Shown here one piece after another: positions 1 through 10,030 of a stretch of DNA of 64,000 bases. Source of the DNA: an uncultured archaeon (lineage in GTDB: Archaea; Thermoproteota; Bathyarchaeia; Bathyarchaeales; Bathycorpusculaceae); NCBI GenBank assembly GCA_963810275.1, contig CAWENF010000004.1:32001-96000 (forward strand). The letters run 5' to 3'. Under the pieces are notes generated by a model. The model was not told the DNA's origin, did not search any database, and worked only from the letters and a program-made list of their open reading frames with translations. A program made the position numbers and the translations under genes. The first letter of the stretch is position 1, and each line of letters opens with the position of its first letter.

Positions 1-40
1 ATGTCTTTTGCGCCTCCCTATTTTACTATTAATCTGATTT

Positions 41-56
41 TTCTGAATATTCAGAA
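41..56. promoter_or_regulatory. perfect 16-bp palindrome, candidate operator
   Basis: TTCTGAATATTCAGAA lies just upstream of a TATA-like TTTATA (79-84) that precedes the AbrB-like/arsM pair. Confidence 0.5.
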
Positions 57-102
57 GAGTTTATTTGTGCTCCAGTCCTTTATACCCAACTGTGACCCAG
101 AA

Positions 103-360
103 ATGTCTTGTTGTGGAGACGACACTTGCAGAATAGACTCAGTAATTACAATGGACCAAAAAGGTCAAATCGTCTTACCAAAAGACCTGCGAGAAAAAGC
201 CAACATCAAACCCAACGAAAAACTCGCAGTAGTAGCCTGCGAAACAAACGGTGAAGTCTGCTGCATCACCCTCATAAAAGCAGACCGCTTAGTTGGCGCC
301 GTCACCAAAACACTAAGACCCCTCCTAAAACCCTTAACTCAGAAAGAGGAAAAAACCTAA
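103..360 (+). CDS. AbrB/MazE/SpoVT-family Cys-rich DNA-binding protein (HgcC-like)
   Basis: ATG at 103 sits about 20 nt after the TATA box; swapped-hairpin motif TMDQKGQIVLPKDLREKANI; Cys pairs MSCC and VCC; stop overlaps the arsM start (TAATG). Confidence 0.75.
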   Translation: MSCCGDDTCRIDSVITMDQKGQIVLPKDLREKANIKPNEKLAVVACETNGEVCCITLIKADRLVGAVTKTLRPLLKPLTQKEEKT

Positions 361-1190
361 TGAAAGACAAAAAAATCAAAAAAATAGTTAGAAACCGATA
401 CGCCAAAGTAGCAAAAACCAGCTGCTCCTGTTGTGCCTCAAGCATAAGCTGCTGCTCCGCCCCATCTACAGGCGCACAAGTAAGCAAACTTGTAGGCTAT
501 AGCCAAGAAGAAATGAATTCAGTTCCAGAAGGCGCCAACTTAGGGCTAGGATGCGGTAACCCAACTGCCGTGGTATCGCTCAAACTGGGTGAAAGAGTCC
601 TCGATTTAGGCTCTGGTGCGGGTTTCGACTGCTTTTTGGCAGCAAAAAAAGTTGGCGAGCAAGGCAAAGTGATAGGTGTAGACATGACACCTGAAATGCT
701 CGATAAAGCCAGAGCAAACGCCGCCAAAGGCAAATATACAAACGTTGAATTTCGCTTGGGCGAAATTGAAAACCTTCCTGCCGCCGACAACTCCGTTGAC
801 GTCATAATCTCGAACTGCGTAATTAACCTCTCCATAAACAAGAAACGTATTTTCGAGGAGGCCTACCGAGTGTTGGCCACAGATGGTCGATTGATGGTTT
901 CCGATATTGTATTGTTAAAGCCGCTGCCAGTAGCAATCAAGAATAACGTTGAGGCATACGCTGGGTGCATTGCTGGCGCTGAACTTAAAGACCTCTATCT
1001 AAAGTACATCGCAGACGCAGGGTTTAGTGACGTGGAAGTGCTTGAAGAGAAGACATATCCGCTTGAGTATATAATTAGCGAAGATGCTTTCAAGGGAACT
1101 CTTGACAAATTGGACGTTTCCAAAGAAGAGCTCAAAGCGACTGCTAACTCAATTGTAAGCATCAAAGTTTCAGCATCCAAAAAGCCTTAA
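360..1190 (+). CDS. arsM: arsenite S-adenosylmethionine methyltransferase
   Basis: LGLGCGNP, SAM motif VLDLGSGAGFDC, IISNCVINL, AGCIAGA, Cys-rich N-terminus. Confidence 0.92.
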   Translation: MKDKKIKKIVRNRYAKVAKTSCSCCASSISCCSAPSTGAQVSKLVGYSQEEMNSVPEGANLGLGCGNPTAVVSLKLGERVLDLGSGAGFDCFLAAKKVGEQGKVIGVDMTPEMLDKARANAAKGKYTNVEFRLGEIENLPAADNSVDVIISNCVINLSINKKRIFEEAYRVLATDGRLMVSDIVLLKPLPVAIKNNVEAYAGCIAGAELKDLYLKYIADAGFSDVEVLEEKTYPLEYIISEDAFKGTLDKLDVSKEELKATANSIVSIKVSASKKP

Positions 1191-1413
1191 GCCGATGTGT
1201 AACAAAGCGTTCCCAAAAAACCTAACTTCCAGCGCCATCCGCTGAAACGTCAGTCCAAACACCACCCTGCCCCAAACCCAGACTTCTTTCTGGCGACAAA
1301 ACCTTATCCAATCCTCTTCTAGTTTTCACTCCATTATATTGCTAAATACGTTTTTATTTGACAACAAACTCAAACAAATGTTTAGTGCCCTTGTCTACAT
1401 CTTCAAAGTCCAT

Positions 1414-1427
1414 AAAAACGTTTATAT
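1414..1427 (+). promoter_or_regulatory. BRE/TATA of the rpo operon
   Basis: AAAAACG-TTTATAT about 170 nt upstream of the rpo2 TTG start. Confidence 0.45.
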
Positions 1428-1594
1428 GTATGGTGTGCAGCATCTGTTTGTGCTCTTAGAAAAGTTTGGAGAACCCTTTTTCGACGTTGGCAACCCCAGC
1501 ATCGGAGGAAATGCAGGATTGAAAAACACCCCCCTAAATCAAAATCACAGTATTCATTTTAGTTTCAGGCTAAATTTATGGGAGAACTAAAAAC

Positions 1595-4500
1595 TTGACA
1601 AATACACAAAAAATATCAAAAGACGATGTTCACAATCTACTTAAAACCTTCTTTGCAGAAAAAGGATTAGTCCGCCAGCATCTCGACAGCTATAACGAGT
1701 TCATCGACCATGGACTTCAAGAAGTTGTCGACGAAGTTAACGAAATCCCCATCGAAGTGCCCGAAAGCCCCTACAAAGTTAAACTCGGCCAAATATGGGT
1801 CATTGACCCACAAAGCCGCATCACCGGTCCGTATGCAACCGAAGTAGACGGTACAAAACACGAAATCTACCCTATGGAAGCACGACTAAGAAACTTGGCG
1901 TACTCCGCACCAATCGCGCTTGAAATGACCCCCATCATTGACGGTCGCGAACAAGACACTGAACTAGTATACATCGGAAACATACCCGTTATGCTGAAGA
2001 GCAAACTTTGTTTCCTCAGCCAACTCAGCCGCGAGGAACTCATCGCTGCCGGCGAAGACCCAGATGATCAAGGCGGATACTTCGTCGTCAACGGCTCTGA
2101 ACGCGTTATTGTAGCTATGGAAGACCTTGCACCAAACCGTGTTATCGTCGACATTGACGATAAAGGCACCAGTCCAATTTATCAAGCTAAAATCTTCTCA
2201 ACAACAGTCGGCTTCAGAGCAAGAATCGAGCTCAAACTCAAGTCAGACGACGCAATCTACGTCACTATGCCCGGAGTCCCAACAGAAATCCCGTTCGTCG
2301 TCATCATGCGCGCTCTGAGCATGGAAAAAGACATCGATATCGCCGAAGCCGTATCCCTAGACAGCGACATCCAAGCCCACCTCGGCGCATCCTTCGAAAA
2401 AGCCATCGGCGTCGACACACCCCAAGATGCTATTCTCTTCATCGGCAACCGTGTTGCCCACGGACAAGTTGAAGAATACAGGCTCCAGAAAGCAGAAACC
2501 GCTCTAGACAAAAACTTCTTGCCGCACTTGGGCAGAAGCGACAAAAACCGCCGTGAAAAAGCCATTTTCCTCGGAGAAATGGCATATCGAGTCATCCAAC
2601 TTAAAATGGACAGGCGTACACCAGACGACAAAGACCACTTCAAAAATAAACGTCTAAGACTCGGGGGTCCCCTACTTGCAGACCTTTTCCGTGTTTCCTT
2701 CCGTAACTTGACACGCGACATTAAGTACCAGCTTGAACGAATAGGCGTTAAAGGGCCAATAATCACCGTGTCAGCCGCTGTCCGACCCGGAATAATAACT
2801 GAGCGTTTCCAGCATGCACTCGCCACAGGCAACTGGGGCAGAGGTAGAGTCGGCATTACCCAGCTACTGGACCGCACAAACTACATCTCAACCCTAAGCC
2901 ACCTCAGAAGGCTCCAGTCCCCCCTTTCCAGAAGCCAGCCGAACTTCGAAGCCAGAGACTTACACCCAACTCATTGGGGACGCTTATGCCCCAACGAGAC
3001 ACCTGAAGGCTCAAACTGTGGTCTCGTAAAAAACCTAGCATTATCAGCATCAATCGCCGTCGGAGTAAACCCTGACCGCATCCGCCAGTTGCTCTTCGAA
3101 ATGGGCACAGTCCCAGCATACGAAGCTACCAACGAACTACGCATTAACGGCGCAAAAGTATTCGTCGACGGAAACATCATAGGTTACTGCAACGACCCAC
3201 AGGAAATGGTGCAAAGTTTCCGCCAGAAACGCAGAGCAAACGAAATCTCAACAGAAGTCAACATAACCTATTTTAGCCGCGACCAAACCGAAACTGCGGA
3301 AGTCCACGCAAACTGCGACGAAGGACGCGTCAGACGCCCACTCATCATCGTAGAAAACGGCGTACCAAAACTTCAACCTAAGCACTTCGAGAAAATCGGC
3401 TCAGGCGAATGGACATGGGAAGACGTCATCAAAAACGGCTTAGTCGAGTACCTCGACGCTGAAGAAGAGGAAAACGCCTACATCGCATTAGACTACGGCG
3501 AAATTAAACCCCAAACATCACACTCCGAAATCGCCACATACACAATCCTTGGCATCTGCGCCTCAACAATCCCCTACCCCGAACACAACCAGTCACCACG
3601 TAATTCATACCAATCAGCAATGGCTAAACAGGCCCTTGGTGTGTACGGCACAAACTTCCACCATCGTGTCGACAGCCGCAGTCACATCCTGCACTACCCA
3701 CAAGTCCCCTTGGTGCAAACAGAAAACATGGATGTCATGGGCTACAAACAACGCCCGACAGGTCAAAACTGCGTTGTCGCAGTCTTGAGCTTCGAAGGCT
3801 ACAATATGGAAGATGCTATCATATTCAACAAAGCCTCAATTGAACGCGGACTAGCACGCAGCACATTCTACCGAATCTACGAAGCCGAATGTCGACAATA
3901 CTTCGGCGGACTCAAAGACAAATTCACAGTCCCCGAAGCAGGCACCCGAGGCTACAGAGGCGAACAATACTACCGCCTACTCGAACCAGACGGAATCATC
4001 AGCCTCGAAAGTCAAGTGGTCGGTGGAGATGTCTTAATTGGCAGAATCAGCCCGCCCCGTTTCCTTGAGGAATACAAGGAATTTGAAGTCAAAGGTCCCA
4101 GCATGCGCGACACATCGGTTGACATGCGCCCCAGCGAAACAGGGACCGTAGATGGCATATTTATCACCGAATCAGGCGAAGGTAGCCAACTCGTCAAAGT
4201 CCGAGTCAGAGACCAACGTGTCCCTGAACTGGGTGATAAATTCGCTTCACGTCACGGACAGAAAGGAGTCATCGGCTTAATCGTTCCACAAGAAGACCTT
4301 CCATTCACAGAGGAAGGCATGGTTCCAGACCTAATCATCAATCCACACGCTATTCCTAGCCGTATGACCATCGGGCAGTTCATCGAATCACTTGCAGGCA
4401 AAGCAGCTGCAGCACGGGGAAAACCAGCTGACGGCACACCATTTAGCAACGAAGGACCAGACGAAGTACGCAAAAACCTCGTCAAACTCGGATTCAGCCA

Positions 4501-4969
4501 CACGGGTAGTGAAGTATTCTACAACGGCACATCAGGCGAGAAATTCGTTGCCGACGTCTTCGTAGGTATAGTTTACTACCAGAAACTGCACCACATGGTT
4601 GCAGACAAGATTCACGCCCGCGCTCGTGGTCAAGTACAGATGCTTACACGCCAGCCAACTGAAGGCCGCGCCAGAGGCGGTGGTCTTAGATTCGGAGAAA
4701 TGGAGCGCGACTGCCTCATCGGACACGGTGCAGCTATGCTACTACGCGACAGATTGCTGGAGGAGTCGGACAAATACACACTATACATATGCGAGAACTG
4801 CGGACAAATCGCATACTTTGACATGAAGCAACGCCGCTACGTCTGCAAAATCTGCGACGAAAAAGCCAAGATTGCCCCAGTAATCGTCTCATACGCTTTC
4901 AAGCTTCTCTTACAGGAACTTCAAAGTCTATGTATCACCCCCAAACTAAAACTCAAGGAGAAAGCCTAA
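1595..4969 (+). CDS. rpoB: DNA-directed RNA polymerase subunit B (Rpo2, unsplit)
   Basis: Motifs ETPEG, GYNMEDA, GDKFASRHGQKG, GGLRFGEMERD and a C-terminal Zn ribbon; 1124 aa; TTG start after GGGAG. Confidence 0.98.
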   Translation: MTNTQKISKDDVHNLLKTFFAEKGLVRQHLDSYNEFIDHGLQEVVDEVNEIPIEVPESPYKVKLGQIWVIDPQSRITGPYATEVDGTKHEIYPMEARLRNLAYSAPIALEMTPIIDGREQDTELVYIGNIPVMLKSKLCFLSQLSREELIAAGEDPDDQGGYFVVNGSERVIVAMEDLAPNRVIVDIDDKGTSPIYQAKIFSTTVGFRARIELKLKSDDAIYVTMPGVPTEIPFVVIMRALSMEKDIDIAEAVSLDSDIQAHLGASFEKAIGVDTPQDAILFIGNRVAHGQVEEYRLQKAETALDKNFLPHLGRSDKNRREKAIFLGEMAYRVIQLKMDRRTPDDKDHFKNKRLRLGGPLLADLFRVSFRNLTRDIKYQLERIGVKGPIITVSAAVRPGIITERFQHALATGNWGRGRVGITQLLDRTNYISTLSHLRRLQSPLSRSQPNFEARDLHPTHWGRLCPNETPEGSNCGLVKNLALSASIAVGVNPDRIRQLLFEMGTVPAYEATNELRINGAKVFVDGNIIGYCNDPQEMVQSFRQKRRANEISTEVNITYFSRDQTETAEVHANCDEGRVRRPLIIVENGVPKLQPKHFEKIGSGEWTWEDVIKNGLVEYLDAEEEENAYIALDYGEIKPQTSHSEIATYTILGICASTIPYPEHNQSPRNSYQSAMAKQALGVYGTNFHHRVDSRSHILHYPQVPLVQTENMDVMGYKQRPTGQNCVVAVLSFEGYNMEDAIIFNKASIERGLARSTFYRIYEAECRQYFGGLKDKFTVPEAGTRGYRGEQYYRLLEPDGIISLESQVVGGDVLIGRISPPRFLEEYKEFEVKGPSMRDTSVDMRPSETGTVDGIFITESGEGSQLVKVRVRDQRVPELGDKFASRHGQKGVIGLIVPQEDLPFTEEGMVPDLIINPHAIPSRMTIGQFIESLAGKAAAARGKPADGTPFSNEGPDEVRKNLVKLGFSHTGSEVFYNGTSGEKFVADVFVGIVYYQKLHHMVADKIHARARGQVQMLTRQPTEGRARGGGLRFGEMERDCLIGHGAAMLLRDRLLEESDKYTLYICENCGQIAYFDMKQRRYVCKICDEKAKIAPVIVSYAFKLLLQELQSLCITPKLKLKEKA

Positions 4970-4970
4970 G

Positions 4971-7900
4971 ATGGCACAAACGGAAGAATTAATCCACAAA
5001 GTAGTAGATGAAATCTCGTTCGGCTTAATCTCACCCAAAGACCTCAGAAAACAATCTGTCGTAGAAATCCAAACTCCAGACACTTACGACGAAGACGGCG
5101 CACCCATCACTGCCGGCCTAATGGACGGCAGACTGGGCACACTTGAACCCCGCCAACGTTGCAAAACATGCGGCAACACCGCGATCCGTTGCCCCGGACA
5201 CTTCGGTCATATCGAACTAGCCGTACCAATCGTACACATTGAATTCACTAAAATCATCTTTGACCTCCTCAAATCCACCTGCCGGACGTGCGGACGCATT
5301 CTTCTCAGAGAAGAAGAAGCCAAAAAAGCATGCCAAAAAATTGAAAGATACAACGAGCTTTTGGGTGCAATTCCCGATGAAGTTTACAAAGAAATCATGA
5401 CTGACATCAAAGCCAAACAGTGTCCGTACTGCGCCGCAGCCCAATTCAAAATCACGTTTGAGAAGCCAACTAAATTCATCGAACAGACCGAATCAGGTTC
5501 TGAGCCGCTTACACCAAGCATGATTCGCGAACGCCTTGAACGTATCAGCGATGAAGACTTGGAAGTTTTGGGCTTCAACCCCAAAGTCGCACGGCCTGAG
5601 TGGATGGTTCTTCAGGTTTTGCCTGTTCCGCCAGTATATGTGCGTCCCTCAATCACTCTCGAATCAGGTATCCGTAGTGAGGACGACTTAACTCACAAAC
5701 TGGTTGACATCATCCGCATTAACCAGCGTCTCAAGGAGAACATGGAGGCAGGCGCCCCAACGCTTATCATCCAAGACCTCTCCGAGCTGCTCCAGTACCA
5801 CGTTACCACCTATTTTAACAACGAGGCCTCAGGTATTCCACCTGCACGCCACAGAAGCGGCAGAGCGCTAAAAACGATTAGTCAACGCTTAAAGGGTAAG
5901 GAAGGCCGATTTAGAAGCAATCTTTCAGGCAAACGTGTCGACTTCAGCGCCCGCACTGTAATCTCACCTGACCCTAACTTGGATATTAACGAGGTCGGTG
6001 TCCCCCGCGACGTAGCCATGCGCCTTAGTGTTCCAGAGAAAGTCACAGCTTGGAACCTTGAGGAAATGAAAAAACTCGTCGTCAACGGACCCGAAACCTA
6101 CCCAGGTGCGCTATACATAATTCGCCCAGATGGTAAACGTATTCGCCTCGAATTCGTCGTAGACCGCACAAAAATCGCTGAAGCAGTCGAACTCGGCTTC
6201 GTAGTTGAGCGCCACCTCAAAAACGGCGACATCGCAATCTTCAACCGTCAGCCCTCACTTCACCGCATGTCCATCATGGCCCACTACGTTAGAGTTCTGC
6301 CATACAAGACTTTCCGCATGCACCTCTGCGTCTGCCCACCATACAACGCAGACTTTGACGGCGACGAAATGAACCTCCACGTCCCACAAAGTGAGGAAGC
6401 CCGAACCGAGTCTTTGCTGCTTATGCAGGTGCAAGACCAAATTCTCTCACCTAGATTTGGCGGTCCAATCATCGGCGCCATCAGAGACTTCATTACAGGA
6501 GCATACTATTTCACTAAACGCGGTAACTACCTTACCCGTGGACAAGCTGATCGCATTCTAACAACCACTAGCTACCAAGGTGATTTGCCTGAACCCGAAA
6601 TCAAAGATCCCGAACCTCTTTGGTCAGGTAAACAAATCTTTAGCCTCTTCCTCCCTGAAACCTTGAACTACGTCCTTAAAGCCAATATTTGCCAAGGATG
6701 CAACAAATGCGAAGAAGAACTATGCAAACACGACGCCTATGTGGTCGTCAGAAATGGCCAACTCGTCAGCGGCATTATTGACCGTCGCAGCATCGGTTCA
6801 GAGCAGTCAGAAAGTTTGCTTCACAGAATTATAAAAGACTACGGCACACAGGCAGGCAGAGAATTCCTAAACAACATTACTCATATGCTCAAAACCTTCA
6901 TTTCGTTACGAGGCTTCAGCTACACCTATGACCAACTTGTCCTCTCGCCCCGCGCTCGCAACCGTATGGCAAAAACCATGGAACGAACTCAGAAGAAAAT
7001 CGATGAGCACATCGAAAACTTCCGAAACGGTACCCTGCCACGACTCCCCGGTCAGACCATGGAAGAATCCTTTGAGATTTACGTAATGCATGAGCTATCA
7101 ACCGCTCGTGACGAGTCAGGTAAGATTGCAGATGACGACTTTACTTTAGAGAACGCAGGCATCGTCATGACCCGTACAGGAGCAAGAGGCAGCAGTCTAA
7201 ACATCGGCCAGATGGCGGCTTGTGTCGGTCAGCAGTCAGTCCGTGGCAAACGTATCTTAAGAGGATACGCAGGACGCGCTCTGCCACACTTTGTTGCAAA
7301 CGATCCTCGCCCAAAAGCAAGAGGTTTTGTCTACAACAGTTACCAAACAGGCTTGGACGCAATAGAGTTCTTCTTCCACGCTATGGGTGGCAGGGAAGGT
7401 CTCGTCGACACAGCGGTCCGTACGCAGCAGAGCGGCTACATGCAGCGCAGGCTCATCAACGCACTTGAACACATCAGGCTTGAATACGACAGCACAGTTC
7501 GTGACAGCGCAGGCGACATTATCCAGTTCCGCTACGGCGAAGACGGCGTGGACCCTGCTAAAAGCGATCACGGCAAAGCAGTCAACGTCAGACGACTCAT
7601 TGACCAAGTTCGTTTAGGTGAAGAGAAAGGCGCCGAACCAGCCTCATTTGACTTTGTCAAGAAGCAACTCAAAAGTGTCGAAGGGCAAATTACTCCAATT
7701 CTGCTAGCACAGCTTAAACAGGGCTTCCAAAAATACAAACTCAGCGAGAAAGGCGTTGAGAAAGCCGTTACGATAACTGCCCAGCAGTACAAACGCGCTT
7801 TGATGGAGCCAGGCGAAGCAGTCGGTATCGTCGCAGCTCAATCAATCGGTGAGCCCGGCACTCAGATGACTCTTAGAACTTTCCACTATGCGGGTGTCAA

Positions 7901-8807
7901 AGAACAAAACGTTACCTTAGGTTTGCCTCGACTAATCGAAATTGTGGACGCCCGCAGAATTCCATCTACCCCAATTCAAACAATCTACCTAAATGGAGAT
8001 CACGGTAAAAGCAAAGAAGCCGCAGTCGAAGTAGCACGCAATATTATCTACACCAGTGTCGAGAACATTGCGTCAGCAATCTACGAAGACCCCGTCCGCG
8101 AAGAAATCATCATTGAAATCAGTAAACAAATGATGGACGACCGCAACATAACTATGGATGAACTCCGTGAACGCCTCGAGCTGCAAAACGCGACAGTTAC
8201 AATTACCGACACAACAGTTGAAATCAAACCCAAGAAAGTCGAACAAATTAAGCGTATGATGACTAAAATCCCAGGCTACCAAGTAAAAGGTGTTCCAGAC
8301 ATCAAACGTGTCTTGGTTACTGAGGAAAGCGGCGAATGGGTTATCCGTACTGACGGTTCTAACCTTGCAAAGGTATTGGAAGTTGAAGGCGTCGATACAT
8401 CACGCACAACCACCAACAACATCCACGAAATTGCCAAGACATTGGGCGTTGAAGCCAGCCGCAACGCACTGGTTAACGAAGCTAAAGGTGTGCTCGAAGA
8501 CCAAGGCTTAGACGTTGACGTCCGTCACGTGATGCTTGTTGCAGACATGATGACTACCACCGGAGACGTTCAGCAAATCGGTCGCCACGGCATCAGCGGC
8601 AAAAAAGCCAGTGTTCTTGCCCGCGCCGCATTCGAAATCACGGTTCCAAATATCGTTGAAGCAGCAGTGAAAGGTGAAAGTGATCCCTTAGCTGGAGTAA
8701 CAGAAAACGTTATAGTTGGGCAATCCATACCAATCGGCACAGGCTTAGTAGAACTCTACATGTCAACTTTCGAACGTCAAAGTAAAGATGGAGGAAAAAC
8801 AGAATAA
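4971..8807 (+). CDS. rpoA1: DNA-directed RNA polymerase subunit A, fused A'+A'' (Rpo1N+Rpo1C)
   Basis: CPGHFGHIEL, catalytic NADFDGD, and the A''-type GEPGTQMTL and RAAFE motifs all lie in one 1278-aa ORF. Confidence 0.97.
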   Translation: MAQTEELIHKVVDEISFGLISPKDLRKQSVVEIQTPDTYDEDGAPITAGLMDGRLGTLEPRQRCKTCGNTAIRCPGHFGHIELAVPIVHIEFTKIIFDLLKSTCRTCGRILLREEEAKKACQKIERYNELLGAIPDEVYKEIMTDIKAKQCPYCAAAQFKITFEKPTKFIEQTESGSEPLTPSMIRERLERISDEDLEVLGFNPKVARPEWMVLQVLPVPPVYVRPSITLESGIRSEDDLTHKLVDIIRINQRLKENMEAGAPTLIIQDLSELLQYHVTTYFNNEASGIPPARHRSGRALKTISQRLKGKEGRFRSNLSGKRVDFSARTVISPDPNLDINEVGVPRDVAMRLSVPEKVTAWNLEEMKKLVVNGPETYPGALYIIRPDGKRIRLEFVVDRTKIAEAVELGFVVERHLKNGDIAIFNRQPSLHRMSIMAHYVRVLPYKTFRMHLCVCPPYNADFDGDEMNLHVPQSEEARTESLLLMQVQDQILSPRFGGPIIGAIRDFITGAYYFTKRGNYLTRGQADRILTTTSYQGDLPEPEIKDPEPLWSGKQIFSLFLPETLNYVLKANICQGCNKCEEELCKHDAYVVVRNGQLVSGIIDRRSIGSEQSESLLHRIIKDYGTQAGREFLNNITHMLKTFISLRGFSYTYDQLVLSPRARNRMAKTMERTQKKIDEHIENFRNGTLPRLPGQTMEESFEIYVMHELSTARDESGKIADDDFTLENAGIVMTRTGARGSSLNIGQMAACVGQQSVRGKRILRGYAGRALPHFVANDPRPKARGFVYNSYQTGLDAIEFFFHAMGGREGLVDTAVRTQQSGYMQRRLINALEHIRLEYDSTVRDSAGDIIQFRYGEDGVDPAKSDHGKAVNVRRLIDQVRLGEEKGAEPASFDFVKKQLKSVEGQITPILLAQLKQGFQKYKLSEKGVEKAVTITAQQYKRALMEPGEAVGIVAAQSIGEPGTQMTLRTFHYAGVKEQNVTLGLPRLIEIVDARRIPSTPIQTIYLNGDHGKSKEAAVEVARNIIYTSVENIASAIYEDPVREEIIIEISKQMMDDRNITMDELRERLELQNATVTITDTTVEIKPKKVEQIKRMMTKIPGYQVKGVPDIKRVLVTEESGEWVIRTDGSNLAKVLEVEGVDTSRTTTNNIHEIAKTLGVEASRNALVNEAKGVLEDQGLDVDVRHVMLVADMMTTTGDVQQIGRHGISGKKASVLARAAFEITVPNIVEAAVKGESDPLAGVTENVIVGQSIPIGTGLVELYMSTFERQSKDGGKTE

Positions 8808-9109
8808 TGATAGACATAGATAAAGCATTAGCGTCAGCAGTGAAAACTGGTAAGGTATCCTTCGGAGCCAACACCGCATTGCAGAACGCCAAAACCGGCA
8901 AAGCTAAGATGATAGTTTTAGCTTCAAACTGTCCAAAAGACATAAAAGAACAAGTTGAGTACTATGGAGAAATCTCCAAAGTCCCCGTTATTACATACAA
9001 AGGCACTTCAATTGACCTCGCTGAAGTCTGTAGCAAACTCTTCATCATCTCCGCTATGAGTATACGGGAAACAGGGGACTCTGAAATTCTCAAAGTAATC
9101 GATCAATAA
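8807..9109 (+). CDS. rpl30e: 50S ribosomal protein L30e
   Basis: AVKTGKVSFG...IVLASNCP...GDSEIL; canonical position after rpoA. Confidence 0.95.
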   Translation: MIDIDKALASAVKTGKVSFGANTALQNAKTGKAKMIVLASNCPKDIKEQVEYYGEISKVPVITYKGTSIDLAEVCSKLFIISAMSIRETGDSEILKVIDQ

Positions 9110-9136
9110 AAATGGTAAAGGGAGGAGAAAAGTAAA

Positions 9137-9574
9137 CTGACATCTGGCATAAAGATTACCTGCGACGAAATGCGCTACATAGCCCTCTTTGAAAGCATAA
9201 GTGGAGCCAGCGTCAAAGACTGCATAATCGACGAAGAACAGGAACGAGCCATCTTCATAGTCAACCAAGGTCAAGTCGGCGTAGCGATAGGTAAAGGTGG
9301 ACGCAATATCCACACTCTTGAACGCATGACCGGCAAGAAACATGAAATCATTGAGTTCAGCGAGGACCCAGCTACATTCATGAAAAACGCTCTTAAACCT
9401 GCTGCAGTCAGAGAAATCCGCGTTAGCGAACGCACCGACGGTAAAAAGATGGCCGTAATAACTGTTAACCCTAAAGACAAGGGTGTCGCGATAGGTAAGA
9501 ACGGCAAGAACGCCGAGCGTTTGCGCTTTTTGGCAAAAAGGTACTTTGACATTCAGAACGTAAGCATCACCTAA
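9137..9574 (+). CDS. nusA: archaeal NusA (two KH domains); start probably CTG at 9137 (first ATG at 9170)
   Basis: EMRYIALFE and two AIGKxG KH motifs; the conserved IKIT segment lies upstream of the first ATG; GGAGG at 9121-9125. Confidence 0.9.
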   Translation: MTSGIKITCDEMRYIALFESISGASVKDCIIDEEQERAIFIVNQGQVGVAIGKGGRNIHTLERMTGKKHEIIEFSEDPATFMKNALKPAAVREIRVSERTDGKKMAVITVNPKDKGVAIGKNGKNAERLRFLAKRYFDIQNVSIT

Positions 9575-10030
9575 GCCTACGCCGCACTGTCGGTTTGGCT
9601 AGGCGATGAAACGTCATTGAACGCAATATCATAGTAACAAGCCTGTTTCCTAAACCGTGAATTAGCTCTCTACTGTTTTAGCACGTGCCAGGTGATGTCG
9701 CTTTTTTTCATTTTACTCTTTTACATAATTAAACACATATGACGCAGTATCAAACACCTATTTTTAGCTGAAAATCTGAATTATTCGATTAATAAATATC
9801 ATTAAATGTGCCATTCAAGACCAGTTTTTCACTGTAGGTTTTGGATTTACAAAGTCTCCTGAAATAATGTTTTTTTTCCATAAACGAAGCAAATATCCAG
9901 TATTGTTTCCGTCTGTTTACCTTTTGTCAGCAATGTCTTATGAAATCTATACCTGACACATTTGAAAAAGAGGAAAGTTTAATACAAAAACACCTGCTAT
10001 TAACATTAGCTTGAAAGGTCGATAATTCAA

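Noticed and set aside
1339-1590. 83-aa ORF in the position where rpo5 (rpoH) normally sits
   Set aside because: It has no Rpo5 motifs (HxLVPKH, DP) and overlaps the TATA box and leader, so it is probably spurious
1667-8943. Numerous antisense and alternative-frame ORFs within rpo genes (and elsewhere in the window)
   Set aside because: They are shadows of strongly conserved genes with no independent motifs
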